From: the human T2T-CHM13v2.0 reference genome, Homo sapiens
Length of the DNA stretch: 64,000 nucleotides
Strand: one strand, 5' to 3'
NCBI RefSeq assembly: GCF_009914755.1
Contig: NC_060944.1
Made by a program: the position numbers and the translations under genes. This document shows positions 41,843 through 54,595 of the stretch, one piece after another (position 1 is the stretch's first letter; each line of letters opens with the position of its first letter). The notes under the pieces are model-generated. The model had not been told where the DNA came from, searched no databases, and worked only from the letters and a program-made list of their open reading frames with translations.

Positions 41843-43649
41843 TCATTTGCCTGCTTCAGAACCTCGTATAAATCCAAATAACTATGCATTTGTTTGTGAC
41901 CTCTGCTCGACATTGTGTTTTTGAGATTCATCCCTGTTGCTGCATGGAGTTGTAGTTCATTTTTATTGCTGTATAGTATTCTATTACAGGATTGCACCAG
42001 GGTTCATTAATCCAGTCTACTGTTTATAAACATTTGTGTTGTATCCAGTTTTGTTTTAGTTTTTGCTTTTTTTGCTATTAGGAACGAGGGTACAATGAAT
42101 ATCCTTTTTTGTTTTTTCGGGGTTTGGGCTGGACAACAGTTCTTTACTTTGCTTGGTTGCTCATTATAATCCCCAGGGGAGTTTTTTAAAATGCTGATGC
42201 CAGAGGCCCCACCCAGACTAATTAAATCAAGATGTGGGTGGGGGTGGGGTGGGCCGAGGCTTAGGTGTTTTAATCCTTCCCTGTGGGGATCTAATGTGCT
42301 GCCAGAGCTGAGAACCCCTGGGATGCAGTTGGTTTGAGGACAGACTTGTCAGCTGCAGCCCCTGGGATGCAGTTGGCTTGAGGACAGACAGGGAGAGGAG
42401 TCACCTGTTGCTAGCTGATGCCAAACTTTTCCAAAGTGACTATGCCCACCGACCCTCTCGCCAGCTCTCACCTCCTCATCAACTCTTGATAGTGACCAAA
42501 TTTTTCCTTGTTGTCCTTCTGATGGGCGTGAAATGGCAGCTCACTGTGGCTTGAATTTGCCATTTCTCTCTTCACTAAACGAGGCTGAGCAGTTAGTGAA
42601 GTTGCTGCTGAGACAAAGAATGAAAGGAAGCCAGCGTGAAGATCTAGGAGCAAGAGACGTAGGGGAGAGGAGGAAGAGCAGCAGGTGCCAAGGTGGGAAA
42701 GGTCTGGGATGTTGGAGGAACAGAAGGAAGGCTGGGGGTGGGATCCTTGTGCATGGGGGAGGGAGAGAGGCTCAAGCCAATGTCAGCTGGGGTCAGAGCA
42801 GCGGGGCCGAGTTGGCTGAGGAGAGGACTTTGGCTTTTACTCTGAGACAGGCGCATGGGAGGGTTTGAGCAGAGGAGGGGGTGATCTGGCCTCACTTTGG
42901 CTTCAAGCAAAGGATCCTGATTGGAGCTAAATTGACACGGGACGGGGAGTATTCCGCTTAATGACTGCTTACTGCCTCTGTCCCCCACCCTACTGCCCGC
43001 TCTCCAGCTAGAACCAGGGGAGGACGATTTTGTTCACGGCTTTCACACCCGGCACCAAGTGACTAAACAGACAGTAGTTCTGCCCTTCAGGTTGGTGGTG
43101 GTGGTGGTGTGGGGTGCTTATAGGTTTTTATAGTCTTCCTTCACAGGTGGAAACAAGAACGGTGAGACCTGTGAGGTTTATTTCAGAGCCACCCCCGGGC
43201 CTGGTACGCCTCCCAGGGAAGCTGGGGTGGGGGTGCAGCTGCCCCTCACTTGGGCCCACCCCACATGCATTCAGTCAGGGCCCCTATGGAGCCGTGTTAC
43301 AGCCTTTAGACACAGGATCGAGGATCTTCACGGGGTGAGGAGACACGCCCGGCCCATGCCTTCTTTCTCCCGCCAGCCTACAGGGATCTTTTTCAACGAA
43401 ACTCTAACCAGGTCCCTCCTCAGCTGAAAATCCTTCGGTGGCTCCCCAGTGCCCTTGAGGCAAAGTCCAAACTCCTACGAGGCCCTGGGGCCCAGCACAT
43501 CTGACCCCTCCGGGCATGCCCATCCCACCCCATCCCTGGAAGCTGCTCTCTAGGAGTTACTCTGAAGCAGTTGCCACTTCTTCCCTCGGGCCTTTTCCCT
43601 TGATAATTCTTCACTTCCTCTGGGAAGTCACCCCGACCCCCTGTCAGGT

Positions 43650-44900
43650 GACCCGCCTCTTAACGGTCGCCGCGTCCCGTCTCTCCCCCACCAAAGCACA
43701 CTTCCCTTTGCATTGTAATTATCTGTTTACTTCGTCTGTCTCCCTCACTGGACCAGAAGCTACCCTTCGGGAGAGGCTCTGAGTGTTCTGTCCGGGGCTG
43801 TGCCCTGGCCCCAGGTACAGTGCCCCACACGTGCTGGGCGCTCCGTAAACACTGGATAAGGGAAGGAACGGGTGCTCTTGGCTAGCTGGGCCAGGCTGCT
43901 TTGCAAAAAGGCCGTGGCATTTCAAGCCGCCGAGAGCCACGTGCGGTGTCCCTTTCCTCGCTTCCTCCCCAGCGATGTGCGTTTCCCTCGTCAATGCCAC
44001 GCTCTCCAGGCGCCAGCCGGGCGGAGGAAATTTCCGCCCCCTCCCAAGCCCGAGGCGGGGGCGGGCGTCGGAAGGTCAGGTGTCCCGGCCGGCGCGCAGC
44101 GCCAGGGGGCGTCAGAAGCGCTCAGACCACCGGGCGCTGAGCCGGTGGGCGCGCGGCGTCCTGCCGGGGTCCCACCTCGCAGGGGCCTCGCTTCGCTCGA
44201 CGTCCCGCCCCGGACAGCCCCAGCGCGGGGGACGACCCGCGCTGCGCCAGCGAACCCCGCCTCGGAGGAGTCCCCGCCCGGGCTCTCACCGCCACGCGGC
44301 GCGAGCCCGGCCAGCAGCCGGCGCACCTGCTCGGGGAGTGGCCTTCGGCGGAGACGAGCCTCCGATTGGCGCGGAGGTGACAAAGGGGCGTGGCAGATAA
44401 GGCCCCGCCCCTCCCACCCCCCCCCCCCCCCCCCCCGGAGTACTTAAGGGAGTTGGCGGCGCTGCTGCATTCATTGCGCCGCGGCACGGCCTAGCGAGTG
44501 GTTCCTCTGCGCTACTCCTGCGCGAATCGGCGACCCCAGTGCCTCGACCACTATGCCGCGCTCTTTCCTCGTCAGGAAGCCCTCCGACCCCAATCGGAAG
44601 CCTAACTACAGCGAGCTGCAGGACTCTAATCCAGGTGCGTTGGAGGGGTTCTGGGCTCCAGGAGGTTTGGGGGAGACAGGCGAAGGCTGCGTGGGGGGCA
44701 CCTGAGGGAGGCGGCCTGCCTGAGCCAGGATCGAGTCACAGGATGTTTTGTGGACCATTGCGGGCTCGGGAGACCGGGCAAGTGGGTCCCCAGTTCCGGG
44801 GATCTGTCTGGGTGGTTGGGGGAGTGCCGTGTAGAGGGCAGGGGTCTTCAGCTTGGGGGGCCTTTGTAGCCGGCGAGAGGCGGAGGAGCTCCGCAAGAGG
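43650..44900 (+). promoter_or_regulatory. SNAI1: SNAI1 CpG-island promoter
   Basis: kB palindrome GGAAATTTCC 44026-44035; E-boxes CAGGTG 44077 and CACCTG 44324 (about -146 from a TSS near 44469); inverted CCAAT 44365; GC boxes; TATA-like TACTTAAG 44441. Confidence 0.88.
44553..44634 (+). CDS. SNAI1: SNAI1 exon 1 CDS (SNAG domain)
   Basis: MPRSFLVRKPSDPNRKPNYSELQDSNP; donor GTGCGT at 44635. Confidence 0.99.
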
Positions 44901-45315
44901 GAAGGAGAGGAGGCTTGTGTCAGGAGGGCCCTCTGGACGCTGCTGGGGAGAGTCCGGAGTCCAGAGGGTTGAGGGGAGGGGTGGGGAGACGAGATGTGTG
45001 TGAGGAGGGGGATTGGGGCAGGGTGGTGGCTCCGGGGCTGGGATGATGGGGTTCTGGCCTCAGGCTGGAGACTGGGGACTTAGGAGAGGGAGATCAGGAA
45101 ATGACCTCCTTCAACTGGGGGTCCTACGTGTGAGAGACTCAGATTGGGTGACCTGGGCGAGGAGGGCAGGAACCTGGTCTGTCCTGTGGATAATTTTTTT
45201 GATCTAATTATGTATTGAGAATCGGCCCCACCCAGCCCCTGGCCAGCGGTGGGCTCATGTTTGTTGATTGAGTGAATGATTTAATTAACGCCTGACTCTG
45301 CTTTTTCTCCCTCAG

Positions 45316-45843
45316 AGTTTACCTTCCAGCAGCCCTACGACCAGGCCCACCTGCTGGCAGCCATCCCACCTCCGGAGATCCTCAACCCCACCGCCTCGCT
45401 GCCAATGCTCATCTGGGACTCTGTCCTGGCGCCCCAAGCCCAGCCAATTGCCTGGGCCTCCCTTCGGCTCCAGGAGAGTCCCAGGGTGGCAGAGCTGACC
45501 TCCCTGTCAGACGAGGACAGTGGGAAAGGCTCCCAGCCCCCCAGCCCACCCTCACCGGCTCCTTCGTCCTTCTCCTCTACTTCAGCCTCTTCCTTGGAGG
45601 CCGAGGCCTATGCTGCCTTCCCAGGCTTGGGCCAAGTGCCCAAGCAGCTGGCCCAGCTCTCTGAGGCCAAGGATCTCCAGGCTCGAAAGGCCTTCAACTG
45701 CAAATACTGCAACAAGGAATACCTCAGCCTGGGTGCCCTCAAGATGCACATCCGAAGCCACACACTGCCCTGCGTCTGCGGAACCTGCGGGAAGGCCTTC
45801 TCTAGGCCCTGGCTGCTACAAGGCCATGTCCGGACCCACACTG
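45316..45843 (+). CDS. SNAI1: SNAI1 exon 2 (DSGKGS phosphodegron, serine-rich region, NES, zinc fingers 1-2)
   Basis: ctCAG acceptor; [12 protein letters not shown]...[10 protein letters not shown]...HVRTHT; GTACGT donor; 528 nt. Confidence 0.99.
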
Positions 45844-48800
45844 GTACGTGCCCCTCCAGGCGCCCCCACCGTTGCTCTCTCTGGCAGCTTTTGTGAATCT
45901 GGGCTTGCTGTTCTCATTCCCAAAGCTGTGGACACTGAGGCCCCGAGTCTTCTAACTTCTAGCTCAAGTTCCAGGGCCTGGCTCTCTGGAAACGTTTGGC
46001 AGAAACTTTCTTCATCAGCTAAGCAGATGGGCAAAGCAGACACCTTCCCAATCCCCTGCAGCCTGTTTCTCAGCCAAATGGGTCGGAGCTGGATATGGGA
46101 AAGGTGCAACCAACACCTTGCTGTGGGGGCCAGGTGTGAAGGGGCCCACCCGGCCACACCCTCTCCCGGGTCCGCCCCCTCCCTAGCCAGACAGGATGTT
46201 GTCAGACCCCCCGCCTGGCTCTGAATCCTTCTTTGAGAACTTTCTCAAAACTTAGGCTGATGTTTCTCTTCTGTGAGCCTCATTTTCTCTATCTTTCAGA
46301 TGGGCATGAGAACAGCTTTTGGGGTTTCTATACAGGCTAAATGCAGGAATGCATATGGGAAGCACCTGGCAAAGTGCCGGTACCTGCTAAACTCTCACAA
46401 AAATGGTTCCTTGGCATTTGCTCTGCTTCCTTGCTGTGTGACTTTGGGCAAGCAACTTAACCTCTCTGAGCCTCAGGGGAAAACTATGATAGCATATGTT
46501 TTAGAGTGGCTGTAAAGGTGGCTAATCACTTTGTAGTAATTTATTATACCCGAACGGTTCTCAGGTCGGCTTCCCCACCCCCACTCAATCCTAGCACACA
46601 GACCAGGAAACGGCATCTTTGGGGCAGAAAACACAATCACGTCTTTTGAAAATTTACTAAATGTGTAAAAAACTTTCTGGACATGGAGAAAAGGTAGAAC
46701 TTTTTAGAACTTGAATGGTGGCAGCCACTGTGCCTGGAGCTGCTCTTTGGAGAGTGACAGTTGAGGGAGAAGATTCCACAGGGTTCAAGCTGGCCAGGTT
46801 CTGCCATTTCCTGGCCTGGCGCCTGACCTCTGAGCGGTGAGGGTTAGTGAGGTGTCTGGGAGGACTGGCAATTCGCGGGCTTTATTGGCATCTTATTCGA
46901 CTAAGGCTACCCATTTCTCTTCCTTCGTGCACCAATTGCTCTGATTTTAACATGTAAAGGTCCAACTGCCTGGCCTCCTGGGTGCCTGCCCAGCTCACAG
47001 GGCTCTATTTTGGGACAGTTGAACCCCTCAGGGTGCTGCAGTCCTGCCTGCCTCTCTCACCTCCCATCCGGACATTATTTTAATGTAAAGGCATGGCTGA
47101 GACACAGAAATCCCCTTGAAATGTATCATTGCGGTCCTCATTGACTCCCATTGTGTGCCTTAATGGTGGGCCCAGTGGGTGGGGGCTGGGAGGGGTGGAG
47201 CAGGTGCATGGGGCAGCGGTGCCCAGCACCTGTTCCAGTCACAGCTGCTGGCCCACTGCATGGCAGCCCCCTTTAATCCGGGGATATCGCATGTACAGTG
47301 CCCCCCTCGGCGCCCTTTGTCCCCGCCGGCCTGGTGCCGATTTCACACTTGCCAGGAGTACCATGAAGGCGTCTGGGGGGCGAGGGATCCAAGGAGTGGG
47401 GGTCTGTGCCTCCTGCGTGTGCACACAGCCCCCGCCCCCAGCCCATCATGTCCTAGAATGCCTCCTTCCCCTTTTGTTCGGGTTCAGGTCTCATCACACT
47501 TTGGGCACTTACTGTGCAGGAGGTAGTGCTCAGGACTTCACCAACAGCCCTGGGAAGGGAAGGGAGGTGCTGTCGTAACTCTGGTCTTACAAATGGACTC
47601 CAGCCCCTTTTCCAGATCTCCAGAGTCAGCCCTTAGTTCACAAGGGTGAACTTACCCTTCTCATTCACATGAAGACTTAGAATGCAATCAACAAACCCTT
47701 CAGGCGTGGCGTGTGGAGGCTGCTGAGTAATGGCAGAGTGGAGTAGTGCTCAGGCACCCCTCCCCCAATCCTCTATGTCCCCCACCCTTTGGAGTGGCGA
47801 GTTTCCATTTCTGCCCCATGAGACTGAGTCCAGCTCTCAGGCGCTCCATAAGTCCCTATTGAATGCATGGGTCCCATTGGAGCCATCCTCTGGACTCTCT
47901 CCTACCCTGGTAGCTCAGTGTGGCACCCTAGGCACCCAGGAGGTGATGGAATGAATTCACTCTCAGCTCTTAAATTCCATCCAGCGCTGGGATTTCACAG
48001 GCGGGCCCTGACCTTGCAGGCATATCAGACTGGGCGTGAGGGGATTGGAGAATTGCATGTTTTTTAAAAAGACTATTCAGTATTATGGAATAGTGTCTAG
48101 CACTTAGTAGGAGCTCAGTAGATTAAAAAAAAAATTATAGACAGGGTCTTGCTTTATCGCCTAGGCTTGTCTCAAACTCCTGGCTTCAAGCAATCCTGCC
48201 TCACTCGGCCTCCCAGAGTGATGGGATTACAAGCGTGAGCCACCACACCCAGCCTCAATAGATTTTTGTTTAATGAGTTACTGTTATGACCTTTTATTTG
48301 GAAAATGCTGCATCCCCCAGAAAAAAACAAATCAACATTATTGGTGTTTTTGGAACTATATAGCTTTTTGGGGAGCAGGGATTGTTATGAGGCATGAGTG
48401 AGGGGGCAGACTCCTCTGAGGCCTCTTTAATTTTTAAAACAGACTTATTTATTCTCTAAGGGCTTGTTGAGGATTTACTGGGCACCCAGCTCCATGTGCA
48501 AGACTTTTCCCAACACAGCCTTGGCCAGGCAGATGGTGTGTCAGGGCCACAGGTTTCCGTAGCCTCTTGGGTGATAGAAAGGGGCCCAGGCCCTGGGCTG
48601 GGGCTTAGAAGGGACTCAAAGGAGGCCCTTGCCCTTATGGGACTCAGCCTGATTGGAGAACAGACAAGGAGATTTGGGATTACAGCGCAGGAGGTGGGGT
48701 GGTGAGGAAAGCAGGCTGCTGGCCGGGCCCCAGGAGTGGCCTAACCAGCTTGGAGGTGGGGGTGGGGAAGCCTCTTAAGGCTGACTCTGGCTTTGGCCCC

Positions 48801-49358
48801 CAACAGAGTAAATCAAGGAATGACTCCAGGACTGATCGTAAGGACACCAGTCACGTCCTCCCTTGACTGAAGGCAGTAAGGGCAGTAGGCGAAATCAGAG
48901 GCTTTGGGGTCCTGCCAGGGGACCCTGAACATGCTACTTCTGGGCCTCAGTTTCACTGTCTCTGAAATGAGACCACAGTAGGATCAAGTGACAGTAGGAT
49001 GAATCAGTAAAGGTGTTGAGTCATTGTTGACCACTTCGCACGTCCCTGCGGGATGTGGATGAGTACCCTACCTTCTGTCACTTATCAACCCCTATGAGTG
49101 GGGGGTGAATAGCCCCATTTTACAGGTGGGAAAATGGAGGCTCAGAGAAGCCAGACAACTTGCTCAGAGTTGCACAGTGGGAAGCAGCAGAGCTCCGTCA
49201 GGTCCCGGCCTTTGGACCCTGGCTGTGTGTTTGACGGAGGCCTGGCTTTCCTGGGATCATGGGATTCTTTCAGGGTTTGGGGTATGCGGGGAGGGATTCC
49301 CATCACTGCCAGCCGTTGTCCCACGGCTCACTCGGCCTTTCTGGCGTTCTCTCCCCAG

Positions 49359-49543
49359 GCGAGAAGCCCTTCTCCTGTCCCCACTGCAGCCGTGCCTTCG
49401 CTGACCGCTCCAACCTGCGGGCCCACCTCCAGACCCACTCAGATGTCAAGAAGTACCAGTGCCAGGCGTGTGCTCGGACCTTCTCCCGAATGTCCCTGCT
49501 CCACAAGCACCAAGAGTCCGGCTGCTCAGGATGTCCCCGCTGA
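49359..49543 (+). CDS. SNAI1: SNAI1 exon 3 CDS (zinc fingers 3-4) with stop
   Basis: [64 protein letters not shown]; total CDS 82+528+185 = 795 nt, 264 aa. Confidence 0.99.
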
Positions 49544-50370
49544 CCCTCGAGGCTCCCTCTTCCTCTCCATACCTGCCCCTGCCTGACAGCCTTCCCCAGC
49601 TCCAGCAGGAAGGACCCCACATCCTTCTCACTGCCATGGAATTCCCTCCTGAGTGCCCCACTTCTGGCCACATCAGCCCCACAGGACTTTGATGAAGACC
49701 ATTTTCTGGTTCTGTGTCCTCTGCCTGGGCTCTGGAAGAGGCCTTCCCGTGGCCATTTCTGTGGAGGGAGGGCAGCTGGCCCCCAGCCCTGGGGGATTCC
49801 TGAGCTGGCCTGTCTGCGTGGGTTTTTGTATCCAGAGCTGTTTGGATACAGCTGCTTTGAGCTACAGGACAAAGGCTGACAGACTCACTGGGAAGCTCCC
49901 ACCCCACTCAGGGGACCCCACTCCCCTCACACACACCCCCCCACAAGGAACCCTCAGGCCACCCTCCACGAGGTGTGACTAACTATGCAATAATCCACCC
50001 CCAGGTGCAGCCCCAGGGCCTGCGGAGGCGGTGGCAGACTAGAGTCTGAGATGCCCCGAGCCCAGGCAGCTATTTCAGCCTCCTGTTTGGTGGGGTGGCA
50101 CCTGTTTCCCGGGCAATTTAACAATGTCTGAAAAGGGACTGTGAGTAATGGCTGTCACTTGTCGGGGGCCCAAGTGGGGTGCTCTGGTCTGACCGATGTG
50201 TCTCCCAGAACTATTCTGGGGGCCCGACAGGTGGGCCTGGGAGGAAGATGTTTACATTTTTAAAGGTACACTGGTATTTATATTTCAAACATTTTGTATC
50301 AAGGAAACGTTTTGTATAGTTATATGTACAGTTTATTGATATTCAATAAAGCAGTTAATTTATATATTAA
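49544..50370 (+). terminator. SNAI1: SNAI1 3'UTR with miRNA seed sites and poly(A) signal
   Basis: 8-mer seeds CACTGCCA (miR-34) 49629, CTATGCAA (miR-153) 49983, TGTTTACA (miR-30) 50249; AU-rich distal part; AATAAA 50345. Confidence 0.88.
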
Positions 50371-51699
50371 AAAGTCTTTGGTGTCATAGAGGAGTGGGTA
50401 TTTTGAAAGGTCTTTGGTAAGGGAGGAGGGGACAGGAATTCCTGAAGCTTAGATATTTCTGACACAGCCTTAAATCTTGTCCTTGGAAACATCATAGGGC
50501 TTTGGAGTCCTGGGTGTCACTGTCAGGGACCTTATGAGACTGGGTTTTCCCGTTGGCCTGGGTGTCCTGTCTGCTGCTGTTTGGGTGAGCCAGCGGCATC
50601 CATACGAGCTCTTCACTATACACTGTGGCTTTTTACTTTCTCGTTCTTGAATTTTGAAGTTGATCTGGCCCACGGAGTGCAAAGCTGGCTTCCTGGGTCT
50701 TATCAACTAGACAGGCTGCAAAGCTCTGCCCCAGCACTGCAGGTCTTTTGGGGTGGGATTGTCCGCTTCCCCCAGATGCGAGTGGAATGCGACCAAGGAG
50801 ACAGAGGATGTCCTTCCTGTTTCCAAGGGCTCCAGGCCCCCTTGGGCCTCCTTGTCAGTCCCACACCTCCGTCTTGCTGCTGGGTACCAAATGGCCTTTG
50901 ATGCGAGGAAATTGGCTGGCTGGAGCCAGTAGGGTGAGAAGCCAGGCCAAAGGGTAGGGGTCACTCAGCTTCCTGCTCCGAGGACGGCGGGACGGTCAGC
51001 ATGCGTCTTGGGCTAGGGTAATTCATTCCCCGCCAGCCGATGGTGGTGACCTCACCACTGGGGGCCTCTTGGGGCCAGGAGAAAATGAGTGTCCTTTTTG
51101 AACACAAAAGGTGCTGGAGGTGCCAGTTTCCTGTGAGGAGCTGAGGCGTCCCAGAGCTTCGGAGCCCCAGAGTCAGGCTGGGGGTGGGGGGAGCTTCATG
51201 TTCCAAAGGAGAGATGATTCTTTCTTCTAAACAGGAAATGGTGACCCGCAGGCCGGGAGCAGCCCTTAATGACTTGCAGCTTTCCTCCCAAAAGGAAAAA
51301 AAAAAACGTTCTCTAACAATCGCCAAATTGTGGCCTGCCTCCCTGAAGGGAAGTTAGGGAGTTGGGGGGATGGGGGTTGGGCATCCATGAGCTGAAGGCC
51401 TACTGTGTCCTGGGTCCCTGCGGGTCCCTCTAGGTCGTCTCCATCCACCCACAGTAGGTGCTGAATGAATGATTTCATGACTTCACATAATCCCTGGGGG
51501 TCGGGCCTCCGGAAAATGAGGCACAGAGGTGGGCTTGCCTGAGGTCACCAAGCCCGGCCCCTCAGGTCATCCTGGGAGTTCGGTAGGCTGGGCTCATGCC
51601 GCTGACTCTCAGGGCACCTGGAGCAAGGCTCTCTCCCTCTGGGGGCCCCAGTTTCTGTGTCTATAAAACAGGGTGACAGTAGTGCCTTCCTCTCGGAGA

Positions 51700-52310
51700 C
51701 TGTACAGAGGCATTCATTCATTCAGGGGTTTCGAGGGTACCATATGTGCCAGGCCCTGGGGTTACACCCGTGAACAAGACAGGCCATCCCTGCGTTCATG
51801 GGACGTATGTTCTGGTCGGGGAGAGAGAAAGCAAACAAGTGATTAAATAAACAAGCCGCTTTTCTACAGTGATGGTGCCAGGACAGAATGAAAGGGTGCC
51901 AGGCACTAGAGAACAACGGGGTGGGGCTCCCCAGGCCAAGGCAGTGAGAGCCCTGGAAGAGCTGAATTCCAGCCCGGACCTGAAGGAGGAGAAAGATGCC
52001 GGCAGGGAAGGATCTGGGGGAGGGAATAGCAAGCCTGCTGGAATGTGCTGCCCCCATGAGAAAGACCAGGATGGCGGAGGGACTGGGAAGACAGGGTGGG
52101 AGAGGAGAGTGGGCCCAGCTCTGCAGAGCTTGTGGTGCTAAGCAGGTGGGAATTTTGTCTAAGCCCCTAGGGCAGCCACTGGGGCTGTAAAGCAGGAGAG
52201 TGCTGAGGCCTGCTGTTACCTTTCCTACAAAGATCTCCCTGGCTGCTTGGGAGAATGGATCTCAGGGGTCCAGGAGGAGAAAGACAAAGGCAGGGAGACC
52301 ATGAGAAAGC
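51700..52310 (-). mobile_element. L2 LINE fragment
   Basis: cattcattcattca end followed by tatgtgccaggc..gaacaagacag pattern; other L2 pieces at about 640-750, 16550-17030, 35640-36020, 42560-42900, 57120-57840 and 59400-59800. Confidence 0.6.
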
Positions 52311-53201
52311 CAGAGGGGACCAGGCACCCTGGCTCATGCCTGTAATCCCAGCAATTTGGGAGGCTTAGACAGGCAGATCACCTGAGGCTAGGAGTTCGAC
52401 ACCAGCCTGGCTAACATGGCAAAACCCCGTCTCTACTAAAATAAAAAATTACCCGGGCATGGTGGGGCATATGCCTGTAGTCCCAGCTACTTGGGAAGCT
52501 GAGGCAGGAGAATCGCTTGAGGTCGGGAGCTGAGATCTCGCCACTGCACTCCAGCCTGGGTCACAGAACGAGACCTTGTCTCAAACAAACAAACAAACAA
52601 AAAAGGGCCAGAGGGGAGGGAGGGAAGGAAAGGAGGGAGGATGGTGGCCTGGCTCAGGGTGTTGGTGGCCTTGGAGATGAAGCCTGTATTTAAGAAATTT
52701 GTGGCAGTTGTGGCCACCCAGCCCATGGCCCAGCACACCTGAGCCCTAGTGGGTGACAGTTATTTAGTATTATTATCTGGGGAAGCTGGGCATGGTGGTT
52801 CACATCTGTGTAGTCCTAGCTATTTAGAGGCTGAAGTGTGAGGGTTGCTGGAGCCCAGGAGTCCAAGGCCAGCCTGGACAACACATCGAGACATTGTCTC
52901 TACAAAAAAATTTAAAAATTGGCCGGGCGAGGTGGCTCACGCCTGTAATCCCAGCACTTTGGGAGGCCAAGGTGGGGCAGATCACTTGAGGCCAGGAGTT
53001 CGAGACCAGCCTGGCCAACATGGTGAAACCCCGTCTCTACTAAAAATACAAAAATTAGCTGGGTGTGGTGTCATATGCCTGTAATCCCAGCTACTTGAGA
53101 GGCTGAGCACGAGAATCCCTTGAACTCGGGAGGCAGAGGTTGCAGTAAGCCGAGGTCGTGCCACTGCACTCCAGCCTGCGCTACAGAGTGACACTCTGTC
53201 T

Positions 53202-53236
<35 letters not shown>

Positions 53237-54490
53237 GGGCTTGGTGGAGCACACCACCAAGGGGATGTTGGATCTAGTGGGGGTAGATACTATGAAGCTG
53301 AGAAAAGAATGGGGAAAGCCTCTATATTCTGATCCTGAGCAAACCCCAAAGCACTAAGTGAAAAAGAAATCACCGGCAGATGTGCTCCCTTCTGTGGGCA
53401 GAAGAGGGATGAAAATCATCAACACGTGATTCATTCTTGTTTGTATTTGCATACGGAGACTCTGGAGGTTAGGACAATATACTAACAAAAGTGGTTCCCT
53501 GGTGGGTTGCAGGAGGTGGGATTGGGGTGGATAAGGACTGGAGGGAGGGAAGAAGGGAGCCATTTTTTAAAGATTTTTAAGACGTTTTACTTTGAAATAA
53601 TTGCAGCCTGACAGAAATTGCAAGAAACAGTAAACTGGAATCGTACATTCAGATTCTTCAATACGTTAACGTTTTATCATGGATACATCTTCCCTCTCTT
53701 CCTAGACATACACACACATTATTTAGTTCTGAACCATTTGAATATTTTTTTTTTTTCAGATGGAGTCTCGCTGTGTCACCCAGGCTGGGATGCAATGGCG
53801 TGATCTCGGCTCACTGCGACATCTGCCTCCTGGGTTGAAGCGATTCTTGTGCCTCAGCCTCCCCAGTGGCTGGAATTACAGGCATGTGCCACCATGCTCG
53901 GCTAATTTTTGTATTTTTAGTAGAGACGGGGTTTCACCATATTGGCCAGGCTGGTCTCGAACTTATGGCCTCAAGTGATCTGCCCGCCTCAGCCTCCCAA
54001 AGTGCCGGGATTACAGGTGTGAGCCACGGCGCCCGGCCTGAACCATATGAGAGTAAGTTATAGACACAGTGCCCCTTTACTGCTAAATATTTAAGCTATG
54101 TGTCCTAAGGATAAGGACATTCTCCCATAGTTTCATGATCAAAATTAGGAAATTTAACATTGGTGCAATGCTACTCTGTAATCCATAGTCATAATCACAT
54201 TTCTGCAAGTGCCCCAATGATGTCTTTCACAGCATTTTGGGGGGTGTAGCTGGTGGGGAATGACCAGGATGCAATGCAAGGATCACACACTGCATTCACT
54301 TGTCCTCACTCTTTTATTTATTTATTTAAAATTTTTTTTCTAACAGAGACAAGGTCTCACTCTGTTGCCCAGGCTGGTCTCGAACTCTTGTGGGTTCAAG
54401 CAATCTGCCCGCCTCAGCCTCCCAAAGTGCTGGGATTACAGACATGCCCAGCTACTTGTCCTGACTCTTTTTTTTTTTTTTTTTTTTTGA

Positions 54491-54595
<105 letters not shown>

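Noticed and set aside
43872-45003. Several 120-190 aa ORFs over the SNAI1 promoter and intron 1
   Set aside because: Pro/Arg/Gly/Ala-rich products expected from CpG-island composition.
45520-46224. 234-aa alternative-frame ORF overlapping SNAI1 exon 2
   Set aside because: Begins at GTG, runs into intron 2 and has low-complexity translation; no support for expression.
47296-47315. Possible CTCF motif in SNAI1 intron 2
   Set aside because: Several mismatches at core positions when aligned to the consensus.
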